The translations under genes and the position numbers were made by a program. Positions 37,676 through 47,367 of a DNA stretch of 64,000 nt are shown piece after piece. The notes beneath the pieces are model-generated. The model searched no databases. It was not told the DNA's origin and worked only from the letters and a program-made list of their open reading frames with translations. Each line of letters starts with the position of its first letter. Position 1 is the first letter of the stretch. Source of the DNA: a bacterium. GTDB taxonomy: Bacteria > UBA8248. The stretch is taken from positions 1,664,001 through 1,728,000 of the forward strand of contig CBDBEV010000001.1 in the NCBI GenBank assembly GCA_965204535.1, read 5' to 3'.

Positions 37676-40600
37676 ATGGAGTCTTTCAAAAACACAACGC
37701 CCGATCCTAACTATGATGTGGCTGCTGCGCTCCTGGCGAACTTTGCGGCTGACGACATGCGCGAAATCAGAGGGATGGTCTTGCGTCTAGCGCGCGTGAG
37801 CAAGCGTCTTGAGAAATTCAGTTTTCCTCTAGTAGCTCAAAGTCTGGCCAGTTTGCTTATACGCCCCGAGAATCATACCGCCACCGCGCGAATTGAGGCA
37901 TTGATTCATCTGGCTGCGTTTGCCTGTCGAGGCGAAAAGGGACCGACACCAACCCAAGTGAGCGAATGGTTGAACGTCATGGTCTACAAGGATCCGATCA
38001 CGGAGCTTGAGGGCCCCGTAGAGGATGTCTTCGTTTCGAACGTTGCCACTTGGTTCGGAAATGTCCGGTTGTTTGAGGGGCGCTGGCAAAACAATGGGGA
38101 CTATATGCAGGCCTGCATCCTAGCGATGTACAGGGTCGCGGAACATTCGTGGGCAGCGGAAGCGTTTCGTTGCATCATGGCCTTGTTTCGGGTCAGCGAG
38201 GCTGTTGCTGAACGCGCCAAAGTTGATCGGTATTTACGCACGGAAAGCAGTCCGAGAGCAAAGATCGCACTAAATTTCTCAAATGCCACGGAAACCACTG
38301 GGTATGTGAGTTTCAGTCGCGAAGAGTTGATCGCCATCGGTGTCGATCCCGTAGATCTCGATCCCTTCGTGTTTCAGGAGGAACATGCAGACTTGCTCGT
38401 GGAACAGTCTATCGGGCATACGGCGTTGGAACGACGACCCTTGGTGAGATTAGGAGGCCGGACGATAGTTGTGCTACCTACTGCTATCGGCGCGGCGATC
38501 AGGCGATTTGTTATTGAACGTGCCGAAGCGGCAGGCGACCTAGACATATTCCAGTCAGCATGCCATCAGGCGCAATATGGCGAAGTCTTTCTGTTAGGCC
38601 GTGCGGCGTGGGAAATCGAATTCATCAAGGCGCTGCAACATGATCCCGACGACGATTTGAGGGAGTTCGTGGGAACTTTCGACGACGGCGGGTATGTCCA
38701 TCTTATCTTTGTTCCCGATGATTTTGGAGAAATAGCCCGGGATGGATTTGTAAGCACTCACAAGCTCAAGGGCATGATCAAGGACCGAATCCATGATCGG
38801 GCGGCCTACCTAGCGGCCAAGCCAGACTATCGCCGGGGATTGACCGTGCTGGTTCATGGTGGCATTGGTCGCGAGTTTTCCCCGCCTTGGGGAGAGCTTC
38901 CAAGCGGTTGGCATCAACTGTGTTTGTCCGCACCTGACTTCATGCTCCTGGGAAATGAATCCGAGTTTACGGCCCTGCGTGCCTGGAAATTGCTTCAACA
39001 GGTGGACGATCTGGAAGCAAAAGGCGTCGTCTTTCCGAACCTGCGCGGGTTTTTAAACTTGGCGGCTTTCGCTTACTACGGCGACTTTGAACTCGTACCA
39101 GTGAATATGAGCCTCGCTCCAATCTATCTGCACAGCGACTTTATTTTGCCTCTACGCCACAGAGTGCGAACTGCTCTCGACCAGCACGCAGTGTTGGCTC
39201 CCGATGGCAAGTCATGGGTCAGCGTCCAGCGTGAGACGACGAGCGGCTTCCTCGGCCAAACGCAAGGAAGACCGGTTTTCATCAATCCTGGGTATATGGC
39301 TCAACACAAACTTCTGGCATGTGTCGAAACCAACGCACGGCCGTGGTGGGTTCATTGTAGTGAGTTACCGGAGTCCAGATGGCATCGTGGCATGGTGTTC
39401 AACATTCTGGAGTTGGTTCTCGGCTGGCTGGTTCGCTTGAGTCCATTGCTTGAAGAATGGATATGCTCGTTGCCATCGGGACCTGTCACTTTCCAGTTCC
39501 GGTTTCCAGACATAGAGATTTTGAGTCAAAACGATATACAGACGACGAAAACGCCTTCAGCGCCAACGGTTGCGGTTGAAGATGGGCAGATCGTAATCGA
39601 CTGCACGCTGCTCTATCTTCGGAGTTTCCTGAGCGCTGCCAATACGGGTGACCGCTTAATGATTAGTGCAATGATGCGAGGCGTGCATGAGCTTTGCGGC
39701 AATCTGGCACCCTCAGATACCGAAATGGGAGAATTGGTGCAAACCGTGGTGGGTTCGGAAGACGCACGATTCTTCCAAATGACTCCCGGCAGAACACCCC
39801 AGGATATGATCTATGACGTAGCTGCGCTTCCAATGCCGCGCTTGGTGATGCCGGAGGATCAAGCATGGAGTCGCCTCGACCTCGTACGTAGGGCGGGATA
39901 TGAGGCCGCACCAGGCCCTATTCCATTGGGCAAGGCCCAAGCGACCCTTGGAAAGGCGGTGGATTGTGTTTGGGAGCGCGCCAGGTCTCGATTGAGCAAC
40001 TTGAACCGGGAAAGCGTGATAGAAAGTTCTCTTCTGAATTTCATGGCTATCCAGAAGGAACACAGGGATTGGCTCCGTTCAGCGGCGGCGCAGCTTGCGC
40101 TCCACGACAATGACGAGGTGCTGGCGGCCGCAAACGAACGTGGCTTTCGACGGGATATTGCTGGTCTGTCTTGCCGTGTCATTTCAGAGATGGCGTTGTG
40201 CACATCGCCCTATCAGGACGATTCTTCCTGCACAGGAGCGGACTTGGACTTCCTGATAGCAGAGGTTGCGACGCTTCTGGAATGTGCCAGTCATAGTGAT
40301 GCACTGCGCTACTGCCTGGCGGCAGGACAACCAAGCATGCTCCCCAACGGATCTTTCGATTTCGATCCTTCGACAGTTCAGGCGATAAAACAACTTCTGA
40401 ATGAATATGGCAAGCGAACATTTCAAGATGCAGCGCTTGAGCGCGGCACCGAATTTGGAGGTGGAGACGAAGTTGCAGATGCGGACTTCGAAGCGGCGTT
40501 TATCGCCGAGTTTGGGCTAAGCATGGATCAATATGGGAAGTTCGTTCTTGATGTAACACTGGAAGCCCTGGAACATGGCGAAGCTCTCTTTCAGCTTCGA

Positions 40601-41404
40601 AGAAGTGAGGTGATTCAGCGGCTACGAGAGGTAGGCACTATGAATCCGGAGCGGGTTTTCGAGGCATTCGCCCTCAAGCCTAGGGCGCGGTGGGATGAGA
40701 AAAATCCGACAAACGCCAAAGAAAGAGACTGGTACCCTTGGCGGTACAACAGGCGTCTGTCGATTCTGCGGCGCCCTCTCGTGCAATTATCGATGGAGGA
40801 CGACCCGGTCGTGCTCGTGATGCCGTCGATTCTTGGAGGCACACTGGATTACTTGCAGCAAGCGTCATTTGGCCGACTGCCCGTAGAACTTTTTGACAAC
40901 CCCGAGATGGCTTCGTGCATCGGGCGTGCGGCTGACAGGAACGGACGTGATTTCAACCGAAGGGTTGCCGAGCGATTTGACCACCTGGAATGGAAGACAG
41001 AGCAGGAAGTAGCTCTCACCCGGCTCGGTGGCGCGGTGGAACTCGGCGATATTGACGTCCTCGCATGGCGGTGCGACACAGGACTTGTCTACGTAGTCGA
41101 GTGCAAGAGTCTCCGGTTCGATCGCACCTGTGGTGAGATCGGGGAACGTCTGGCGGAATATGCTACCGGCACCGTTGACGGTAAGCGCACTCCATTACAG
41201 AAGCATCTCGACCGTATTTCATATCTCGAAGGCAACAGGGAACGGCTCTCACATCTTACGGACATCTCTCTTGAGAAGTTACAATTGCGCTCGGCACTGG
41301 TCACCGAGAAGCTTGTTCCAATGCAATTTACCGGAAGAGCTCGGGAGATGTTGAACATTGTTACGGACTATGAGTTGCTTGAGGAAGTAATTGTAAATCA
41401 GTGA
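37676..41404 (+). CDS. Large protein with a C-terminal PD-(D/E)XK-like nuclease motif
   Basis: 1242 aa; GRDFN...GDIDVLAW...VVECKSL. Confidence 0.75.
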   Translation: MESFKNTTPDPNYDVAAALLANFAADDMREIRGMVLRLARVSKRLEKFSFPLVAQSLASLLIRPENHTATARIEALIHLAAFACRGEKGPTPTQVSEWLNVMVYKDPITELEGPVEDVFVSNVATWFGNVRLFEGRWQNNGDYMQACILAMYRVAEHSWAAEAFRCIMALFRVSEAVAERAKVDRYLRTESSPRAKIALNFSNATETTGYVSFSREELIAIGVDPVDLDPFVFQEEHADLLVEQSIGHTALERRPLVRLGGRTIVVLPTAIGAAIRRFVIERAEAAGDLDIFQSACHQAQYGEVFLLGRAAWEIEFIKALQHDPDDDLREFVGTFDDGGYVHLIFVPDDFGEIARDGFVSTHKLKGMIKDRIHDRAAYLAAKPDYRRGLTVLVHGGIGREFSPPWGELPSGWHQLCLSAPDFMLLGNESEFTALRAWKLLQQVDDLEAKGVVFPNLRGFLNLAAFAYYGDFELVPVNMSLAPIYLHSDFILPLRHRVRTALDQHAVLAPDGKSWVSVQRETTSGFLGQTQGRPVFINPGYMAQHKLLACVETNARPWWVHCSELPESRWHRGMVFNILELVLGWLVRLSPLLEEWICSLPSGPVTFQFRFPDIEILSQNDIQTTKTPSAPTVAVEDGQIVIDCTLLYLRSFLSAANTGDRLMISAMMRGVHELCGNLAPSDTEMGELVQTVVGSEDARFFQMTPGRTPQDMIYDVAALPMPRLVMPEDQAWSRLDLVRRAGYEAAPGPIPLGKAQATLGKAVDCVWERARSRLSNLNRESVIESSLLNFMAIQKEHRDWLRSAAAQLALHDNDEVLAAANERGFRRDIAGLSCRVISEMALCTSPYQDDSSCTGADLDFLIAEVATLLECASHSDALRYCLAAGQPSMLPNGSFDFDPSTVQAIKQLLNEYGKRTFQDAALERGTEFGGGDEVADADFEAAFIAEFGLSMDQYGKFVLDVTLEALEHGEALFQLRRSEVIQRLREVGTMNPERVFEAFALKPRARWDEKNPTNAKERDWYPWRYNRRLSILRRPLVQLSMEDDPVVLVMPSILGGTLDYLQQASFGRLPVELFDNPEMASCIGRAADRNGRDFNRRVAERFDHLEWKTEQEVALTRLGGAVELGDIDVLAWRCDTGLVYVVECKSLRFDRTCGEIGERLAEYATGTVDGKRTPLQKHLDRISYLEGNRERLSHLTDISLEKLQLRSALVTEKLVPMQFTGRAREMLNIVTDYELLEEVIVNQ

Positions 41405-42005
41405 TTGTAGTCGTCTGCACTTGGGAGGTGTACCCGAATGAACATCGCGGTTGCAGAAAAACGTTTATTCCGTTGCGCCGTGGTGTGGTGATTCCTGCGC
41501 CTTGCGGATGTCTTTGACGAGTCCGTCCAAGGTTTCACCTCATTTTCCCTGGGTCATGCATTTGCATGGAATTCATTCCGGGGGCGCTCACCCGGGCGGT
41601 TAGGTACAGCGAGATTGCGCCCCGTCGCGCTCTTTGCGAACATGCATGCTAGCATGCGGTTCTCTTCCGGGAACAAAATATGGAAGTCCGGTATCGCGCG
41701 GTTTGTGCAAGAGGCGCTTGTGAAGGCGCTCCAGAGCGTTCTCGCGAGGGGGAAATGCTTTAGTGCCCGAGATTTGACGAGCACTCGATCGGGAGCCGGA
41801 CGGCGCTGCGGCTTCCGGTAAATTCTTGCACATAGGCTGCCGGGGGGTGTCAGGCGGCGACGGAATTACGGCTTTCATGCGGTGTTGCTATAGTGTTGAT
41901 TCGATGTCGGATTGAATGATCGATCATATCTCCATCCATGCAACTTATTGTAATAAATTCGCTTACACAATACCCTCTGCAGGAAATTCCCTAGATAGCC
42001 AAATC

Positions 42006-42350
42006 GCCAACCTGTCCATCGCCACGGACGAGGGCTACGTCGACAAGCAGTCCGGCGAGCGGGTGGACAAGACCGAGTGGCACCGGGTCGTCACCTTCCA
42101 GCCCGGGCTGGTCGACATGTTCGAGAAGCACGCGAAGAAGGGCCGCCTGGTCTACATCGCGGGCAAGCTGCAGACCCGCCGCTGGAAGAAGGACGAGGAG
42201 GACTCCGATCGGTTCTCGACCGAGATACTCATCGCGCCTGGCGGGCGCATTCAGTTCCTCGACAAGGTGAACGGGAACGGCAATGGCAACGGCGCGCACG
42301 CCGAGGCGACGGTGCCCGCAGGCGTAGCCGGGGACGACATCCCGTTCTAG
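42006..42350 (+). pseudogene. ssb: 5'-truncated ssb
   Basis: Homology starts abruptly at ANLSIATDEG; the first ~29 codons are replaced by unrelated AT-rich DNA; ends DDIPF. Confidence 0.85.
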
Positions 42351-42356
42351 GCTCAG

Positions 42357-42392
42357 AAGGGGTCGGCGCTTCGGCGTCGGCCCCTTTTTCTT
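42357..42392 (+). terminator. Intrinsic terminator after ssb (copy 2)
   Basis: GGGGTCGGCGC-TTCG-GCGTCGGCCCC-TTTTT. Confidence 0.8.
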
Positions 42393-42689
42393 TGCTCCTT
42401 ATCCAGAGGAGGTCCGCTCTGTCGGTCCTCTCATCTACCGGGAACACCCGGTCAATCCTCCGGTTCCGTGAACGATGAACCGTGTTCCCGGAAGATCGGC
42501 TTGCACCTGCAATCATCCCATAATTCCAGACAGTGGCTCGGTCCACCCCCCGCTGCGGGAATTTCGGGCCGGAAAAACGGCCCGAAATGACCCTTTCCGC
42601 AGCATGAGAGATTGTTTCCCGATGAGCTTCGCCTTCATCGTGAAACACCAAAAGCTCTTGTGTCCCGGTGGCGGTACTACCCTCTCTCT

Positions 42690-42878
42690 CTTAGCGCTCC
42701 CATTTTAGCACGCACGGCGCGGGGTCAAGGGTGCTTTTGCAAAAAACGCAAAAGCATCTTTTTTCAGAAAAAATCGGTGAAACGTGGATTTTTTCCGCTG
42801 CGCGCCCTCCGGGTGAAAAAAGACTGAAAACCGCCCCTGACGCCCACGCCTAGCACGTGCTGAAAATGGGACGCTAAG
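42690..42878 (+). promoter_or_regulatory. Frpo-like single-stranded-DNA promoter hairpin (copy 2)
   Basis: CTTAGCGCTCCCATTTTAGCACG pairs with CGTGCTGAAAATGGGACGCTAAG; inner hairpin TGCTTTTGC/GCAAAAGCA. Confidence 0.65.
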
Positions 42879-42914
42879 AAGCGCATCCGTTAACTCTCTG
42901 GAAAGGAGAAAGGC

Positions 42915-43289
42915 ATGGAAACCACCGTGGTGAACCTGAACGACTACGTTGCTCCCCAGTTCGGAGGCGGCTTGCTGGTCAGGATCGACCGGGCGACGAA
43001 GTGGGGAAACCCCTTCCGGGTCGGCAAGGACGGCTCCCGCAGCGAGGTCATCGAGAAATACCGGCGATGGCTGTGGGGAAAAATCCAGCGCGAGGAGCAG
43101 GACCTCCATGAACTCGCCGACCTGCAAGGCTGCGAGCTCGGCTGCCACTGCCATCCCCTGCCGTGCCACGGCGACGTACTCGCGCGTGCCGCCGAGTGGG
43201 CAGCCAGGTATCTCGACGAGATGCCGAAAGAAGTGGGGCGCAACGAGCGTGGCTACGCTCTTCCCGAATTCAACCATCCCCTCGCTTGA
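42915..43289 (+). CDS. DUF4326 domain protein (copy 2)
   Basis: TKWGNPF, LGCHCHPLPCHGDVL; AAGGAG RBS. Confidence 0.88.
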   Translation: METTVVNLNDYVAPQFGGGLLVRIDRATKWGNPFRVGKDGSRSEVIEKYRRWLWGKIQREEQDLHELADLQGCELGCHCHPLPCHGDVLARAAEWAARYLDEMPKEVGRNERGYALPEFNHPLA

Positions 43290-43310
43290 GGACAACGAAA
43301 GGAGTGAACG

Positions 43311-44264
43311 ATGACCGCCACCGAGACACACAAGGAGATGATCATGCACGAGGTTGACACCATCGAAGCGCAGAACGAATCCTTCACCGCCATGGTATGC
43401 GAACAGGCAGCACTCTTCGGCGCGACCCCCGGCCCCGACGAGTTCGACAACCGGCCCGTCTGGGGCGAGGCGGAGTCCACCGCCGCCGTCCTCAAGGCCT
43501 TCGGCGCACTCGCGGAAGCCGCACCCGACGGAACGCAACTCGCGGATGAGCGGGCGAGCCTCCTGTGGGGCTTCGTCAACACCCTCGACGCCCAGACCCA
43601 GCGCCTCGACCGCGCCGCCGACAAGCTCATCCCCGGCATCCGTGAAATGCAGCGCGAGCAGGACGGCTCCGAGATCAGGTCCCGCGAACTTGAACTCGCC
43701 ACCGATCGGGCCGAGAATCTCACCGCCCGCCGCGACGCCTTCGAGGTGCTGCGCGACACGGCCGCCGAGGCCTACCGCGTCGAGACCGGCGAGGTATGGC
43801 GGCCCAGGCGAGGATCGCACGTCTCACAGACCGGCAAGCTCACATCGGCGGTGATCGAGGCGCGGGACTTCCAGCGCGCGAGAAAGGACCGCGAGAACAC
43901 CGCCCACCTCCCCCAGGGAACCCTCGTCGCCGTCGCGGGCGGCAAGGAAGCCACCGACGCCGGCAGGATCATCGGCCAGCTCGACAAGCTGAAAGCCAAG
44001 TACGCCGACGTCGTCCTCGTCCACGGCGGCGGCCCGGGTGCGGAGAAGGTTGCAGCCGGCTGGGCCGAGCGCAACGGCGTCCACCAGGTCGTCTGCAAGC
44101 CCGACTGGGACGCCCACGGCAGGGCCGCTCCCTTCAGGCGCAACGACGAGTTGCTCTCCCTCCTCCCCAGGGGCGTGATCGCGTTCCCGGGTTCGGGCAT
44201 CACCGACAACCTCGTCGACAAGGCCCGAAGCCTGGGCATCCCCGTTCAACGCGTGGCCGCCTGA
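43311..44264 (+). CDS. DUF2493 / YspA-like SLOG domain protein (copy 2)
   Basis: Near-identical protein to 26605-27564. Confidence 0.85.
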   Translation: MTATETHKEMIMHEVDTIEAQNESFTAMVCEQAALFGATPGPDEFDNRPVWGEAESTAAVLKAFGALAEAAPDGTQLADERASLLWGFVNTLDAQTQRLDRAADKLIPGIREMQREQDGSEIRSRELELATDRAENLTARRDAFEVLRDTAAEAYRVETGEVWRPRRGSHVSQTGKLTSAVIEARDFQRARKDRENTAHLPQGTLVAVAGGKEATDAGRIIGQLDKLKAKYADVVLVHGGGPGAEKVAAGWAERNGVHQVVCKPDWDAHGRAAPFRRNDELLSLLPRGVIAFPGSGITDNLVDKARSLGIPVQRVAA

Positions 44265-44302
44265 TGTGAACACTCCTCGGGTCGCGTCGTCGTCGCCCGG
44301 CG

Positions 44303-46084
44303 GAGACTGTGAGAGTATTGGATTTCACAGTCTCCGGAACAGGGCTCGCTTACGCTTGCAGCCCGATGGCCGGACACTGTCTTCAACTTCGGGAGCAACA
44401 ACACCGCAGAGCCGGGAGAGAAACGTCTCGGCGGCCGGTCAGCTCGGGGTCGCGGTCAAGTCCTCGAAGAATCGGCTTCAAGTTCACACGCCATTCGTCC
44501 CCAACCGCTGTTTTTGCAGACAATGCTCCACAAATGCAGCTCCGCCCAGCACACGCATGACCCGCTTGAAGTTGTAACCCAGCGTCATCAGGCTGAATTC
44601 GCCGCGGCATTTGCCGAGTCCGCGCATCACAAAATGATCCATCCCCGCCCAGCGCTTGATCGTACCGAATGGATGTTCGACGAGTGTGCTTCGCCCGCGC
44701 ATCAATGGCACACGGGCGTTCATCTTCTTGCGATGCCGGTCCACCACGTCCTCATGCTCCCAGCGTTGTATCCTGCGCGTCGATCTCGACTTTGTCAGGC
44801 ATCGGCCCGACAACGAACAGTCCCGGCAAACCGCCGCCGTCCCGCGATAAAAGTAATACAGCCTGCCCCTGACGGTGGTCGTGCCGCCTCGAACCAGACG
44901 CTCTCCGGCCGGACAGACATACGTGTCATCCTGCGCATCGTAACGGAATTCATCGCTGCCGAATCGTCCGTCCTTGCCCTTGCGGGCCGTCTGGTTCGGT
45001 ATCGGAACATACACCTCCATTCCCTTGTCTTCGCAACTCTTCAACTGTGCGCCGTTGAAGTAGCCCGAATCCGCCAGGCCGACCAGGCGTTCGCTGCCCA
45101 TGGCTTCGCCGGCTTTCGTCATCATCGGCTCCAACTGAGCGGAGTCATTGCCGTCCTGCACCACATCCTCCGCGACAATCAGCTTGTGCTTGTCGTCCAC
45201 CGCGATCTGGCAGTTGTATCCGCCCACCATTATATCGCCGTTCCTCAGAAGTCGAGCATCTGCATCGACCCCCGATACCTGACGCTCTCCGCTTTCCTGC
45301 AAATGCTCTTGCAGTGCCTTCTTCTTTTGTTGCCTCTCGATCAAGGCCTTGAGCTTCACCGGCAGGTCCGGATCCTCCGAACCGTCCCCACACTCCTCCC
45401 CGCGCGCATCCGCCTCGTCCAACTGCCGGTGATACGCCGCAATCCTCTTCTCCAAACGCCTCAGGTCCCTTGCCAGGGACCGCTTGGTTTGGAAGCTGTC
45501 CAGGTTCGCATCGGCCTTCAAAAAAGTCCCGTCGACCGCCACCCGGCTGCCGCCCAGCAGCGAGAGTTCGCGGCACAGCAGCACGAACTCCCGGTTGGCC
45601 TCCTGCAGCGCAGCCACATTGTTCTTGCGAAAATCCGCAATCGTCTTGTAGCTCGGCGTCGCACCCTGGCACAGCCAGATCACTTCCAGATTGCGCCGCG
45701 TCTCCGCTTCGAGACGGCGCGAACTCCGTACCCGGTGCTGGTAGCCGTACAGATACAGCTTCAGCAGCAGCGCCGGGTCGAAAGCCGGCTGACCGGCGCC
45801 GCAGTTCGCTTCGGCATGCGCGAACCCCAGCGCCTCCAGGTCCAGCGTGCCGACGAACGCATCGATCGCGCGCACCGCATTGTGCTCGGACACGTAGTCG
45901 TCCAGACACGGCGGAAGCAGCATCATCTGGCTTCGGGACTGCACCTCCTGATAACGTCTCTCGGACATGGTGGTGACCCTTTATGTGGTTATCTCACTCA
46001 CCGGTAAAGATAGCATGTACAGACAACCCGGGCATCGCTCGCCAGCGTCACCCACCAGAATCGTGGGAATACTTTCACAGTCTC
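44303..46084 (-). mobile_element. IS1182-family insertion sequence
   Basis: Terminal IRs GAGACTGTGAGAGTATT / AATACTTTCACAGTCTC; flanking direct repeat CGTCGCCCGGCG at 44291-44302 and 46085-46096. Confidence 0.9.
44484..45968 (-). CDS. IS1182-family DDE transposase
   Basis: LLKLYLYGY, SSRRLE, TIADFRK, VDGTFLKA, GYNCQIAVD, ADSGY, VEHPFGTIK. Confidence 0.95.
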   Translation of the reverse strand: MSERRYQEVQSRSQMMLLPPCLDDYVSEHNAVRAIDAFVGTLDLEALGFAHAEANCGAGQPAFDPALLLKLYLYGYQHRVRSSRRLEAETRRNLEVIWLCQGATPSYKTIADFRKNNVAALQEANREFVLLCRELSLLGGSRVAVDGTFLKADANLDSFQTKRSLARDLRRLEKRIAAYHRQLDEADARGEECGDGSEDPDLPVKLKALIERQQKKKALQEHLQESGERQVSGVDADARLLRNGDIMVGGYNCQIAVDDKHKLIVAEDVVQDGNDSAQLEPMMTKAGEAMGSERLVGLADSGYFNGAQLKSCEDKGMEVYVPIPNQTARKGKDGRFGSDEFRYDAQDDTYVCPAGERLVRGGTTTVRGRLYYFYRGTAAVCRDCSLSGRCLTKSRSTRRIQRWEHEDVVDRHRKKMNARVPLMRGRSTLVEHPFGTIKRWAGMDHFVMRGLGKCRGEFSLMTLGYNFKRVMRVLGGAAFVEHCLQKQRLGTNGV

Positions 46085-46246
46085 CGTCGCCCGGCGGCGG
46101 CGCGGCCCGTCGCTTCTCCTGATTGCTCCGCTCGCCTCCTCCCGCTCACTCGCCGCGGCGGCTTCCGCTCGCCATCCTCTCCGGCGAAAATTCCCCTGTC
46201 GTTCGTTCCCAAGAATCCGCCGTTAGCCGCCCTTCGGCGCTTCGGA

Positions 46247-46272
46247 TTTCACACCGGACGCATCGCTGATGC
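46247..46272 (-). other. Putative oriT 2 (variant MOB-F nic site)
   Basis: Minus strand GCATC-AGC-GATGC hairpin running into TGCGTCCGGTGT^GAAA, at the position equivalent to oriT 1. Confidence 0.65.
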
Positions 46273-46628
46273 AGGTGTCGCGTTGGTGCGGCTGCCTGCG
46301 ATATGCTTTGAAAATTCGCATCCCCGGGTATTCCTGTCGCGCCGAAAAAAGTAATACCAATCTGGTAGCACTCGAACCTTTTGAAATCATTTCACTTAGA
46401 GAATCGCGTATGCTCATGTAATACGGGGAGTTCCTAAAAGATACCAGATTGGTAGTACACGGAGGCGCGCTGCGCTATGATGGCTACCATTTTGGTAGTT
46501 CATGAAACGGCGTCACGGGCATCGTTTTTGGGCCCGATGCGGGTGTGTTTGGTGCAGGAAATGAGAATTTTGCGGTCGTTTTGCGACCGGTACGGATGAA
46601 AATCTTGTTGAGAGGAGCGGCGAAACGG

Positions 46629-46970
46629 ATGGTTCAGACGATACAGAAGAACATCAGGGTCACGCCCGAACAGTGGAAACGAATTGAAAATGAGGCCGAA
46701 AAGCGCGAAATGTCGCCCAACCGACTGGTGGTAGAGCTCGTGATGGAAGCCCTGGAGCGCCGCGAATGGCCCCGCACAGAGGCCGAAATCCATCTGTTGC
46801 GCTCTGCGATGTTCACCGCGCAGGCCATCATCCGCGACATGGAGAGGACCGGACGAGAGGAAGAAATTGAGCAAATCAGCAGGAATATTTCCGAAGTCGC
46901 GCCCGAATTGCCCGACAAATTAACGAAAGACCCACAAAATCGGGCGGATTCGCAGAACGGCGATGTATGA
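46629..46970 (+). CDS. Ribbon-helix-helix protein, probable relaxosome accessory factor
   Basis: QKNIRVTPEQWKRIENEAEKREMSPNRLVVEL; same position as the RHH gene of module copy 1. Confidence 0.7.
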   Translation: MVQTIQKNIRVTPEQWKRIENEAEKREMSPNRLVVELVMEALERREWPRTEAEIHLLRSAMFTAQAIIRDMERTGREEEIEQISRNISEVAPELPDKLTKDPQNRADSQNGDV

Positions 46971-47367
46971 GTCGGCTTCCTCAGGGGAAGTGGTCAGCTG
47001 GATTAAACCAAAGTTCATTGGCGAAGACGGTCATCGATAACTCACGCTACACGGATATCTAAACTGCATTCCGAATAACTATTATAAGGTATGTTGGCTC
47101 CTTTTCTGTCTGCATTAACTAGGGCAATTTACGGAAAACAGGTAGCGTTGGGCGAACCAAGTGCGGTATCTTCGATATACGGTGCTAAGTAGTAAGTAAT
47201 AAAAGATATTGTATCATGTTGCGTTCATCTGGCGGTTTAGAATCTGTCTGTGTATTCAACTAGTGCTTGAATCGACTCAGCAAAGCAAAAGACTCAAGGT
47301 TGTCGGATGGGAGGGCAGCTTGATAAGTCCAACACGACGAATAAATTGTTAAAATTATTGATGGGCT

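Larger units (their letters stand above)
42006..46255 (+). repeat. Leading-region module copy 2 (inverted, IS-interrupted)
   Basis: Homologous to the reverse complement of 26385-28880. Confidence 0.92.

Noticed and set aside
41916-42350. Full-length 144-aa SSB
   Set aside because: The N-terminal 29 aa are unrelated to SSB and the first OB-fold strands are missing; treated as truncated
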